From an uncultured Nitrospiraceae bacterium (lineage in GTDB: Bacteria; Nitrospirota; Thermodesulfovibrionia; Thermodesulfovibrionales; Dissulfurispiraceae), in contig CAVSHF010000003.1 in assembly GCA_963727805.1 (NCBI GenBank), forward strand, positions 1,472,001 to 1,536,000: 64,000 bases of DNA, read 5' to 3'. Below, piece after piece: positions 31,006-39,997 of this stretch. The notes beneath the pieces were generated by a model. It was not told the origin of the DNA. It searched no databases and was given only the letters and a program-made list of their open reading frames with translations. A program made the translations under genes and the position numbers. The number at the start of each line of letters is the position of its first letter. The stretch's first letter is position 1.

Positions 31006-31986
31006 CTAAAATAGGCTGAACTTGAAGTATTTCTTAGGGTTATCTTTGATATCTTTTGTCAAATCTCTGAGTTCAAGAACAACTTGATTGAGTCCCGCCA
31101 CTGACTCCTTAACCTGTCGTGCTAGCTCTTCGTCCTTGACTATCGAACCCGCAACCCCTTTCCCAGACTCAATCCCCGAGAGTACGTCTGATAGCTGGCG
31201 TGAGGCCTTATCGAGGTTGTCGTACATCGATGGATCCGAAAGAAGTTTCTGAAGGGACCCATTTCCTTGGTTAAGCTTTTTGCTGAATTCATTCAATGAG
31301 AATGCTGCCTCGGACATCTTTGTATATAAAGCGGGATCTTTTACAAACTGCTTGAGCGAACCGTTGGAATTCTCGTATTCCTTCAGGCTTGCCGAAAGGG
31401 CCCTCGTAGAATCTTTTAGGTTATTATACAGGGAGGGATCGTTCACGAACCTTCCAAGTGACCCCTCGCTTTTATCGATTTTTTCGACAAAATGTCCGAG
31501 TTGCTGGACGATATCTGTCACCTTAGAGAGTGATTCCGCTGTTGCATCGACGATATCTTTGATCTCAAGCTGCACCTTTCCTTTAATGACTTCGCCGGGC
31601 TTGATTCTTTCGCTCTCATGCTCACCATTGGTGACTTCGACATACTTATCACCCAGTAGGCCCATGGTCATGACCGTAGCAACAGAATCTTTTCTGATAT
31701 ACTCCATAGCGCTCTTGTTGAGAGAAAGCGTCACGAGAGTGCCGTATTTAGGGTGCAGGTGTATATCCGATACCGATCCCACCTCTACTCCGGCGAACCA
31801 CACGGGAGAGCCGTTCCTAAGACCCCTGACATCCTTGATCTGCGCGAATAGATGGATCTTCGGAGAGAAGAGAGATTCGATACCACCGGCGAAGAATACG
31901 GTCACCAGAATCACAATGAGGGCAGTAGTCACGACAACGCCCACCTTAAGCTTCGACCACATGAGCTGTTTCTTTATATCAAACAT
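31006..31986 (-). CDS. mlaD: MlaD/MCE-family protein
   Basis: GLRNGSPVWFAGVEVGSV, GLLGDKYV, GSLGRFVNDPSLY helical repeats. Confidence 0.88.
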   Translation of the reverse strand: MFDIKKQLMWSKLKVGVVVTTALIVILVTVFFAGGIESLFSPKIHLFAQIKDVRGLRNGSPVWFAGVEVGSVSDIHLHPKYGTLVTLSLNKSAMEYIRKDSVATVMTMGLLGDKYVEVTNGEHESERIKPGEVIKGKVQLEIKDIVDATAESLSKVTDIVQQLGHFVEKIDKSEGSLGRFVNDPSLYNNLKDSTRALSASLKEYENSNGSLKQFVKDPALYTKMSEAAFSLNEFSKKLNQGNGSLQKLLSDPSMYDNLDKASRQLSDVLSGIESGKGVAGSIVKDEELARQVKESVAGLNQVVLELRDLTKDIKDNPKKYFKFSLF

Positions 31987-32007
31987 CTCTTCCCCTTTTT
32001 ATCCGCA

Positions 32008-32745
32008 TTAATCGAACTCATGCCGGAATTCGTTCAGGAATTCCTGGATATCCGGATTCTCTGATTGTAACAGACCGGGTCGGTCTCCATCAAAGATAAT
32101 TCTCCCGTTCTGCAGGAAAAGGAACCGCCGCGCCACCTTGAAAGCATCGATGACTTTGTGAGTGACGATGATCATCCCCGTTCCTTCCTTGCACAATTCG
32201 TTGATAAGCCTGCATATCTTGTCGGCATTGACCGGATCGAGACCGGTCGTTGCTTCGTCGTAGAGAAACATCTTAGGCTCAAAGGCTGCAAGAGATCTGG
32301 CTATAGCGACCCTGCGGTGCATGCCGCCGCTCAGTTCGTCAGGCATAAGATTTATTGCTTGTTCGACGCCAACGACCTTAAGAAGTTCTCGCACCTTGAC
32401 ATCAATCTCTTCCTCCGACATTTTCGTGAATTCCCTTAGGCAAAAGGCGACATTCTCTTTCACGTTGAGTGAATCGAAGAGCGCACCTTCCTGAAAAACG
32501 ATACTAAACTGCCTGCGAATGTCCCTGAGTTCGTCCTCCGGCGTGTCGGTAATGTCGGTCCCATCGACTAGAATATGCCCCGAATCGGCTCTTATGAGAC
32601 CGAGAATCAGCTTCAGGATCGTCGTCTTTCCTTCCCCGCTGCCGCCTAGAATCGCTACACGTTCATCGGCACCGATGGATAAAGAGGCGGCTTCCAGAAC
32701 AGGTTTCGGACCGTAGCCAAACGTGACATTATCAAAAACGATCAT
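32008..32745 (-). CDS. mlaF: MlaF-family ABC ATPase
   Basis: GGSGEGKT, VFQEGALFDSLNV, LSGGM.RRV, YDEATTGLDP; start at ATGA overlap. Confidence 0.88.
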   Translation of the reverse strand: MIVFDNVTFGYGPKPVLEAASLSIGADERVAILGGSGEGKTTILKLILGLIRADSGHILVDGTDITDTPEDELRDIRRQFSIVFQEGALFDSLNVKENVAFCLREFTKMSEEEIDVKVRELLKVVGVEQAINLMPDELSGGMHRRVAIARSLAAFEPKMFLYDEATTGLDPVNADKICRLINELCKEGTGMIIVTHKVIDAFKVARRFLFLQNGRIIFDGDRPGLLQSENPDIQEFLNEFRHEFD

Positions 32746-33512
32746 AGCGAAAACCCGAGGACATAAAGCAATATTCTTGTAAGGACAAAATCGGCCATGA
32801 TTATCGCGACGATGGAGAAGACTACCGCCGTTGTAGTCGAACGCCTCAAACCGACAGCGCCGCCGCGTGTTGATAGCCCCATATAACAACTGATCGATGA
32901 GATGATGAATCCGAAAACAAAAGGCTTGAAGGCCCCCAGAAAGACATTTCCGAAGGTGAGTTCGTACTGAATCGAGGTCCAGTAGACATACCCGCTCTGA
33001 TGACTTACATAGACAGCAATGTACCAGGCCCCGAAAAGGGAAACAGCGTCGCCGATAAGGGTAAGAGCCGGCAACATGATGATGGAGCTGAGTATCCTCG
33101 GCGTAACAAGCTTTTTAATCGGGTCGATACCAAAGACTCTGAGGGAGTCCACCTGATGGCCGAGGATCATGAGACCCAGCTCAGAGGCCATTCCAGCCCC
33201 CACCCTTCCGCAAAATACGAGGGCAGCGGCAACGGGCCCTATCTCGCTGATGATAGAGATACCCACCACCTTTCCGGTATACATTTTAAGTCCCATTACC
33301 GAAAGTTCCGCAGCAAGCCGAAGAGAGAGGGCCATCCCGATAAAAAGCAAAACAAGGCAGACGATGAGGAGTGAACCGGCCCCAGAGTAATCCATCTGTT
33401 CGATAAAATCATGGAAATAGAAAGGCCTTCTGAACATTCCGATTACGCCCTTGGCCGAAAGGAAGTAATATTCCTGCAGCTCGTCGACAGTGCGCTTCAG
33501 ATCTCTTTTCAT
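32742..33512 (-). CDS. mlaE: MlaE-family ABC permease
   Basis: EIGPV, GRVGAGMASELG.M, GIDPIKKLVTPR, GGAVG...STT.AVV. Confidence 0.9.
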   Translation of the reverse strand: MKRDLKRTVDELQEYYFLSAKGVIGMFRRPFYFHDFIEQMDYSGAGSLLIVCLVLLFIGMALSLRLAAELSVMGLKMYTGKVVGISIISEIGPVAAALVFCGRVGAGMASELGLMILGHQVDSLRVFGIDPIKKLVTPRILSSIIMLPALTLIGDAVSLFGAWYIAVYVSHQSGYVYWTSIQYELTFGNVFLGAFKPFVFGFIISSISCYMGLSTRGGAVGLRRSTTTAVVFSIVAIIMADFVLTRILLYVLGFSL

Positions 33513-34402
33513 TCAGGCACCCTTTTCCATCTGCGATGGATCCAGAGCCATTCAGCCGGATGTTCCCTGATGAAATTTTCGATATGGCTGCTGAAGGCCT
33601 TCGTATCTTCAATGAGCGCCTTTTCCGCATCCTTTTCCTGCGAAAGGACGACTGCTGGAAAGATCGTACCGATGTGTCTGCCACCCTCCCGGTAGATAAA
33701 GGCTGGGAGTACCGCCGCTCCCATCTTTCGTGCGATAAGAGCCGGGCCCTTCATCGTCCATGCCGGCCGACCGAGAAAGTCGATTATAAATCCTTCATCG
33801 GGTAATACGGCTTGGTCCATAAGTATGCCTATTCCCCTGTTTTGTCTTAACTCCGAAACGATGGCCATCAGAGCACCCTGCTTATAGACGATCCTATTTC
33901 CATATCGTGCTCTTGCCCTCTCCACAAGTCTGTTAAGATAGGGATTGTTCTGCGCCCGTGCGATTACGGCAAATGGTTCTACTCGCGCGCCGAATCCAAG
34001 GGCGGTCATTTCCCAGTTTCCGCAATGACCGGTAATGAATAGTATGCCTTTGCCCTTTGCCTTGGCATTGACGAAGTTCTCAAATCCGGTAATCTCAATA
34101 GCATCTATCATCTCTCTACCAAGGCCGAAATAGATCTTGATGACCTCGACAAGCGACCTGCCGAGGTTCATGAAGCTTTTGCGTGCGACCGAATAAGGCG
34201 AAGCATTAAGCTTCAGCCCTCCGGCCTTCACCGCCTTTTCGATATTCTCGATAGCGATCTTTCTCCTGCTGCGCCAGAGGTAAAATACGAGCACTCCCAG
34301 AAGATCACCCGCTTTCAAGGCTATGGTTCTGGGCAGCACGGCAAAAGGCAACGCTAAGGCAACGACAATCACTGCCTCAACAAACCACTTAATTCTCTTC
34401 AT
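33509..34402 (-). CDS. Lipid A late acyltransferase (LpxL/HtrB family)
   Basis: TGHCGNWE, NNPYLN, LMDQ, FLGRPA, P.EWLWIHRRWK. Confidence 0.9.
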   Translation of the reverse strand: MKRIKWFVEAVIVVALALPFAVLPRTIALKAGDLLGVLVFYLWRSRRKIAIENIEKAVKAGGLKLNASPYSVARKSFMNLGRSLVEVIKIYFGLGREMIDAIEITGFENFVNAKAKGKGILFITGHCGNWEMTALGFGARVEPFAVIARAQNNPYLNRLVERARARYGNRIVYKQGALMAIVSELRQNRGIGILMDQAVLPDEGFIIDFLGRPAWTMKGPALIARKMGAAVLPAFIYREGGRHIGTIFPAVVLSQEKDAEKALIEDTKAFSSHIENFIREHPAEWLWIHRRWKRVPE

Positions 34403-36837
34403 TTGTCCTCATTGTCGCCATCCTTCTTTTCCTGCTGCTCGTCCTCTTTCCCCTTTTTCTTTTCGAGTGCTACAGATATTTCCTCAAGCCGCTTCACAAC
34501 GAGGTAATTCACACTACCCTCGGGATATGCACCGTCATCCTTAAGCTCTCCAGCCGGCATGCCAGAGAGAAGTTCGAGTCCCTCTTCGACCCTGTCGATA
34601 GCGTATATTGAGAATTTGCCGTCTTTTACGGCATCGATCACTTCCTGCTTGAGCATAAGGTGCTTTATATTTCTCCGTGGGATAATAACGCCGTGGCTCC
34701 CATCAAGACCCCTAATCTTGCAGAGATGATAGAACCCCTCGATCTTTTCGTTTACCCCGCCAATGGGCTGGACATCACCATTTTGATCCATCGAGCCAGT
34801 AAGGGCAAAACTCTGCTTGAGAGGCACGCCCGAAATGCTGCTCAGGAGCGCGTAGAATTCGGCACATGTTGCGCTGTCACCTTCGATCATCTCGTAAAGC
34901 TGCTCGAAGGTGATGGATGCCGATAGGCTAATGGGCTTTTTCATAGCATATTTCGACCCAAGATAGCTCGTGATAATCATGATCGCCTTTTCATGAATGC
35001 GGCCGCTCATCTTCGTCTCACGCTCAATGTTGACAACTCCGGCCTTGCCGACATAGGTTTTTGCCGATATCCTTGAAGGCTTTCCAAAGCTGTAATCGCC
35101 TAAGTCCAGGACCGCCAGGCCATTCACCTGGCCTACTTTCTCGCCTGATGTATTGACGATAAGCGTATCCTCGACCATCATTTCCTGAAGGGTCTCTTCG
35201 ATCCTGTTTACCCGGTAAATCCGTTCGTCGAGCGCCTTAACGATATGCTTGGCACCGACAAGGCTGCTTCCCTCTTTTTTTGCCCAATAGTCGGACTCGC
35301 GCAAAAGGTCGGCAACCTCGCTAAACCTGGTCGAGAGTTTATCTTGATGGGCAGCAAGCCTCGAGCCGTATTCCACGACCTTTGCCACACCTTCATTGTC
35401 GAACGGTAGCAGACTATCGTCTTTCTGGCATGAAGCGATAAATGCGGCATATTTCACCATCGTTTCCGGTGTCCTCGCCATCCGGCTGTCAAAATCCGCC
35501 TTTACCTTGAAAAGCTCGCGGTACTCATCGTCGAGATTGTAAAGCATATAGTACAAATTAGGAATGCCTGTGAGAATGACCTTCACACTGAGGGGGATTG
35601 CCTCAGGTTTCATCGCGGTGGTACTCATGAGACGATACTGCTCCCAAACATCTTCGAACCTAATCTCGCGGTTCTTAATGGCCCTTTTGAGGCTGTCGTA
35701 AGAAAATATATTCTTAAGCAGGTCAAGGGCATTAATTACGATATAACCTCCGTTGGCTCGATGAAGCGATCCAGCTTTCATCATTGTGAAGTCGGTCAGG
35801 GCCATTCCATACTGGACCTTGTATTCAAGCTTGCCGAAAAGATTGAGATAAGTCGGATTGCTCTCAAAGACTACGGGAGCGCCCATCTTTTCACCATTAT
35901 TTACGATCACGTTGACGACATACCGGGCAAAGGAGGTCTCAGGCTTAGGCATCTTCAAAAAAGGAAGGGGCGAGGGTGCCTGTTCCTCAGTTGTTTTGAA
36001 ATCCTCGAGATGAGAGAGAAGGTCCTCCTTAACCGCTTCAAGATAAGCGGGTATCTTCATGTGATCTCTATATTTGTCCCCGAGCTCGTCGATTAAATGC
36101 CCGACTGCTCCGAGGGCGATCTGACGCTCAAGCTTGTTGAGCATATCCTTCAACAGCTTCTCTGCCTCACGCACCGAACGAGCGATATCATTCAACTTTT
36201 CCTGAAGCATCTTCCCTATTTCTGCCGCACGAGACTTGGTATTCTCATCGAGTGCAGCGAATTCCTCTTCGGTGAGCGCCTCGCCCGACTTTTTGACGGG
36301 GACGATGAAGAGCCCTTGCGGCCCACGCCTGATGGCGAAACCCTTGGAAAGGGCCTCCTCATCGAGACTGGAAAAAAGTTCCCTCTGCTTTTGCTGAAAC
36401 TCCTCGACAATATTACTACGCTGCTTTTCGTACTCCTTCGACTCAAAGACCCTGGGTATCTCCACAGTAAGACTTTTGATGAGATCACTCATGTCCTTTT
36501 GGAAGACAGTGGCTTTACCTGGCTCAAGCGAAATGGCCAGCGGTGCATCGGGATCCTTGAAGTTATAAACATAACACCAATCGTTGGGAACCGGCTCGTG
36601 AGATGCCTTTTCCAATAATATGGTCCTGATCGCGCGCGACTTACCAGTCCCGGCCTCCCCGAGTGCAAAAATATTGAATCCCTTGTTTGACAGCGAAAGT
36701 CCGAAATCTATGGATTTGAGTGCCCGCTCCTGTCCTATCAACTCGCTCAGATCAAGAATTTCCTCAGTTGTGCTAAATTTGAAGAAATCGGGTTCACAGC
36801 GTCGGTACAAATCTTCGTTCTTCAATTTGACTGCCAT
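34399..36837 (-). CDS. Lon-like protease (LonC/AAA_32 + S16 domain)
   Basis: IGQERA, GEAGTGKS, AGSLHRANGG, GQVNGL, IEGDSA (catalytic Ser), IGGVNEKIEGF; ATG after AGGAGG. Confidence 0.9.
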   Translation of the reverse strand: MAVKLKNEDLYRRCEPDFFKFSTTEEILDLSELIGQERALKSIDFGLSLSNKGFNIFALGEAGTGKSRAIRTILLEKASHEPVPNDWCYVYNFKDPDAPLAISLEPGKATVFQKDMSDLIKSLTVEIPRVFESKEYEKQRSNIVEEFQQKQRELFSSLDEEALSKGFAIRRGPQGLFIVPVKKSGEALTEEEFAALDENTKSRAAEIGKMLQEKLNDIARSVREAEKLLKDMLNKLERQIALGAVGHLIDELGDKYRDHMKIPAYLEAVKEDLLSHLEDFKTTEEQAPSPLPFLKMPKPETSFARYVVNVIVNNGEKMGAPVVFESNPTYLNLFGKLEYKVQYGMALTDFTMMKAGSLHRANGGYIVINALDLLKNIFSYDSLKRAIKNREIRFEDVWEQYRLMSTTAMKPEAIPLSVKVILTGIPNLYYMLYNLDDEYRELFKVKADFDSRMARTPETMVKYAAFIASCQKDDSLLPFDNEGVAKVVEYGSRLAAHQDKLSTRFSEVADLLRESDYWAKKEGSSLVGAKHIVKALDERIYRVNRIEETLQEMMVEDTLIVNTSGEKVGQVNGLAVLDLGDYSFGKPSRISAKTYVGKAGVVNIERETKMSGRIHEKAIMIITSYLGSKYAMKKPISLSASITFEQLYEMIEGDSATCAEFYALLSSISGVPLKQSFALTGSMDQNGDVQPIGGVNEKIEGFYHLCKIRGLDGSHGVIIPRRNIKHLMLKQEVIDAVKDGKFSIYAIDRVEEGLELLSGMPAGELKDDGAYPEGSVNYLVVKRLEEISVALEKKKGKEDEQQEKKDGDNEDK

Positions 36838-36854
36838 GAGTTCCTCCTGCATTT

Positions 36855-36913
36855 TTCATCCCGGTCTGCCAGGATCATTCTTCGAAAAAGAATCCCGACT
36901 AGCGGGAATGACA
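36855..36913. repeat. Degenerate REP-like palindromic element (GTCATTCCCGC...GCGGGAATGAC class)
   Basis: TTCATCCCGG-TCTG-CCAGGATC...AATCCCGACTAGCGGGAATGACA. Confidence 0.6.
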
Positions 36914-36973
36914 TAGTGTAATCACGCACATGTGCCTTAATGAACAACTTAACCACTCGCAAACCTACTTTAC

Positions 36974-37849
36974 TTATTTTGCCCTGGGATGGTGGTCGAG
37001 ATAGGCCTTCCGAATCCTATCTGCCGAGACCTTCGTATAAATCTGAGTCGTCGATATGTCTTCGTGGCCGAGCATCTTTTGTACCGATCTCAGATCGGCC
37101 CCACCGTCAAGCAGATGTGTTGCAAACGAATGCCTGATGGTATGCGGCGTTATCTGTAGTCCGGCGAGGGCGCCCAGCTTCTTGAGCGCCTGCCAGAACC
37201 GCTGTCTAGTCATGGGCCTGCCCCTGTTGGTAAGAAACAGAAAAGGCGATTGTCTGCCCTTGAGCAGAAACGGTCTCAGCTCTAGTACATATTTCCTGAT
37301 CTTTTCCGCAGCCCGGCGGTTCATCGGAACGATCCGCTCCTTCGATCCCTTGCCGAAAACTCTCAAAAATCCGGCCTCGAAGTTGAGATCATTGACTTTG
37401 CTCGATATGACCTCGCTCACCCTGAGCCCCGATGAATACATTAGTTCGAGCATCGCAGAATCCCGAACAAAAGTCTCGCTCTTTATCTCTGTTTCAAACA
37501 AAGTCTTGATATCTTCCAAACTCAACGCCTTCGGTAGCCTGTCCCACTGTTTTGGGCTTCTCAGGGTTTCAGTGGGGTCCTCGAAAATGATCTTTTCGGT
37601 AATGAGATATCGGGAGAATCCCTTAATCGAAGAGATAAAGCGGCATACGCTTGCCGTGGAATATCCGGTATCCTTAAGCCGTCCGAGATAATTGACGATA
37701 TCCTGGCGCGTAAAAGAGCCTGGATCTCCGCCACTCTCGGAGAGAGATCCGAAAAACCCCTTCAGATCGGTGGCATAGGATGCTACAGTATTTTTGGAAA
37801 GCCCTCTCTCGACTGAAAGATAGGAGATGAAGGATCTAAGCACATCCAC
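36974..37849 (-). CDS. xerD: Tyrosine recombinase XerD
   Basis: ERGLSKNT..SY, GLRVSE, GKGSKER, MTRQRFW, PHTIRHSFATHLL, LGHEDISTTQIYT, HHPRA. Confidence 0.93.
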   Translation of the reverse strand: MDVLRSFISYLSVERGLSKNTVASYATDLKGFFGSLSESGGDPGSFTRQDIVNYLGRLKDTGYSTASVCRFISSIKGFSRYLITEKIIFEDPTETLRSPKQWDRLPKALSLEDIKTLFETEIKSETFVRDSAMLELMYSSGLRVSEVISSKVNDLNFEAGFLRVFGKGSKERIVPMNRRAAEKIRKYVLELRPFLLKGRQSPFLFLTNRGRPMTRQRFWQALKKLGALAGLQITPHTIRHSFATHLLDGGADLRSVQKMLGHEDISTTQIYTKVSADRIRKAYLDHHPRAK

Positions 37850-38630
37850 AGACCTTTTTCTCTCCCATGCATTCTTCTATACCCGAAAGGGTCTTCATCT
37901 TGTCGTATAACACCCCGGCTATCTTCAGCAGGTGTTTTGTGTCTTCCATATTATAAATAAGAAGCCTCTCCATCGCCTCAGAGCTCCCCCTTCTTGCCTG
38001 CTCCCACAGCTTCACGGCATCGTAGCCGTTCATCCCCCTGACACTCTCCTGTCTCTCAATGCCAAGCATCTGTTCAAGTTTCTTGAGACCTCCATTCATA
38101 TCAAGCCTTCGCGCCGTAAAACAGAGGTCGAAATGAGGAATGTTAAACTTCACTCCTGGGAATGTCCTGAGCAGGAATGGAATATCAAAGGCAGCCCCAT
38201 AAAAAGTGATCAGACATTTGTAGCCTTCGAGTTCGTGGTTCAGATTTTCGACAGTAAGGTCCTCGTCCCTCACAAGGCAGCGGCAGTCGTAGCCGTCGTA
38301 AAGCCCGACAACTGTCGCATATCCACCAGCGCCCGGCTGCAGGCCGTTCGTCTCTATATCGAGGCATACAGCACCCTCACCAAAGACTTCAAAAAGACGC
38401 CAGTGTTCTCGTCGTTTCAGGATCCGTGCGAAGTACTCAGCATTCCCGACGCCAAGTTCAATTGACGCACGAGTCAGCAGGTCGTCATAACCAATTTTCC
38501 TTTCAGGACTGATACCGTCTATCTCTCCGGTCTGCAAGAAATCATCCCACGTGAGAATACCTTTTTTCCAGAGACTACGTTCGAGTTTTTCCCCAATACC
38601 GTTGAGCAGGGAAAAAGTATGGCGTATCAC
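37836..38630 (-). CDS. YprB-like RNase H-fold (DEDD) exonuclease with N-terminal HhH
   Basis: GIGEKLE..LW..GI..W, LDIETNG, TFYG..FDIPFL, GGLKKLE, YNMED. Confidence 0.85.
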   Translation of the reverse strand: MIRHTFSLLNGIGEKLERSLWKKGILTWDDFLQTGEIDGISPERKIGYDDLLTRASIELGVGNAEYFARILKRREHWRLFEVFGEGAVCLDIETNGLQPGAGGYATVVGLYDGYDCRCLVRDEDLTVENLNHELEGYKCLITFYGAAFDIPFLLRTFPGVKFNIPHFDLCFTARRLDMNGGLKKLEQMLGIERQESVRGMNGYDAVKLWEQARRGSSEAMERLLIYNMEDTKHLLKIAGVLYDKMKTLSGIEECMGEKKVCGCA

Positions 38631-38936
38631 ACAATGCTCCTTTTTTGTTTCTATTATACCCTTTATGAGTAATCATAACAATATTGATAAATTGGGGGAA
38701 TGTTGAAATAGACTTACTTCACAAGAAGTTGAGTGCACGCAAGGTGCGCGTCTTGAAGAAACTCAATCCTGGGATTATGAATCCATAACTTGCCTGACCC
38801 GACTTTCATTATTATCCGGCAAATAGCGTTGTAACTACTTTAGGAAAACTTCCGATGAGCATTGGGAAGATAGTGGATTTCATCGGCTAATTCCTGTCGT
38901 GCGAAACGATAGCCGATACATATTATCAAAATAATC

Positions 38937-38966
38937 TTGACATTAAATTTCTATCAGGCGTATATT
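38937..38966 (+). promoter_or_regulatory. sigma70 promoter of attenuated operon
   Basis: TTGACA (38937-42)-18-TATATT (38961-66); ATG 7 nt downstream. Confidence 0.75.
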
Positions 38967-38973
38967 TATATTC

Positions 38974-39063
38974 ATGTTTTTAACGAAGCTGATCTTCAAA
39001 AGAACCATTGATAAGGCTTGGCATACAATGCCATGGCTGAAGGGGTATTCTATTAGCTCTTAG
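38974..39063 (+). CDS. Putative leaderless leader peptide, 29 aa (MFLTKLIFKRTIDKAWHTMPWLKGYSISS)
   Basis: ATG at predicted TSS, ends TAGTAG about 25 nt before a terminator. Confidence 0.6.
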   Translation: MFLTKLIFKRTIDKAWHTMPWLKGYSISS

Positions 39064-39085
39064 TAGAAGGCGATCAGAAAATCTC

Positions 39086-39124
39086 AGAGGCCACGGAACG
39101 ATCTCCGTGGCTTTTTTTTATTTT
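39086..39124 (+). terminator. Intrinsic terminator in 5' leader (attenuator)
   Basis: GGCCACGGA-ACGATC-TCCGTGGCT plus long U-run, ~50 nt before GNAT gene. Confidence 0.85.
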
Positions 39125-39175
39125 ACCCATGAAGCGTATGCAGATAAATGGATGTACCCATGAGGAGACCGATGC

Positions 39176-39994
39176 ATGATACGCAAATGCACTAGAAACG
39201 ACTTCGACCTAATGTATTCAATTATCAACGATGCCGCGAGCGCGTACAAAGGAATAATCCCTCCGGATCGATGGAAAGTGCCCTACATGTCACAGGATGA
39301 ACTGCGTCATGAGCTTCGCGAAGGCGTCGCCTTTTGGGGATATGTACATGACGGTGAACTGACGGGCGTTATGGGGATTCAACCCGTACAGGACATTACG
39401 CTCATCCGGCATGCCTATGTCAGAACCGAGAAACGGAATCAGGGTATAGGAAGTAAGTTGCTCGACTATCTTCTCAAACTGATAACAACACCTGTCCTCA
39501 TCGGCACTTGGGCGGATGCCGGTTGGGCAGTCCGTTTCTATGAGAAAAACGGGTTTCAACTAGTATCTATAGAAGAGAAGAACCGACTATTAAAAAAGTA
39601 TTGGGCCATTCCGGAACGTCAGGTCGAAACATCGGTAGTTCTGGCAGATCACCGGTGGCTAGCTCGGGCAGTCAAAGCTTATTCTCAGAACGACCCAACT
39701 TTAAGGCAGGCGGTACCGGGTGCAAAGATGTGGGCGGTAGCATTGAAGAAGAGCATGCTTAGTTATTTTGAGCTTGAGCCGAACATGCAGTTTCCCGAGC
39801 ATGCACATGAAGCTGAGCAAATAACGATGGTCTTGGAAGGCCAACTAACCTTTGCCTTTGAGGGCAAGACAGTTGTTCTCGGCAAGGGCGCTGTCGTCGC
39901 TATACCGTCCAATGCGTCACATTCTGCATCTACTGGCAGTGCACCATGTATGGCAGTGGACGCGTGGTCGCCAGTCGGAAAGGAATATTTATAA
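39176..39994 (+). CDS. GNAT acetyltransferase fused to C-terminal cupin domain
   Basis: HAYVRTEKRNQGIGSKLL, AVRFYEKNGF; cupin FPEHAHEAEQ...IPSNASHS; GAGGAG SD. Confidence 0.85.
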   Translation: MIRKCTRNDFDLMYSIINDAASAYKGIIPPDRWKVPYMSQDELRHELREGVAFWGYVHDGELTGVMGIQPVQDITLIRHAYVRTEKRNQGIGSKLLDYLLKLITTPVLIGTWADAGWAVRFYEKNGFQLVSIEEKNRLLKKYWAIPERQVETSVVLADHRWLARAVKAYSQNDPTLRQAVPGAKMWAVALKKSMLSYFELEPNMQFPEHAHEAEQITMVLEGQLTFAFEGKTVVLGKGAVVAIPSNASHSASTGSAPCMAVDAWSPVGKEYL

Positions 39995-39997
39995 GAA

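Noticed and set aside
36974..37849. Tyrosine recombinase as integrase of a mobile island
   Set aside because: Chromosomal XerD signature (TRQ.FW, HHPRA); no att repeats, tRNA or mobility genes seen
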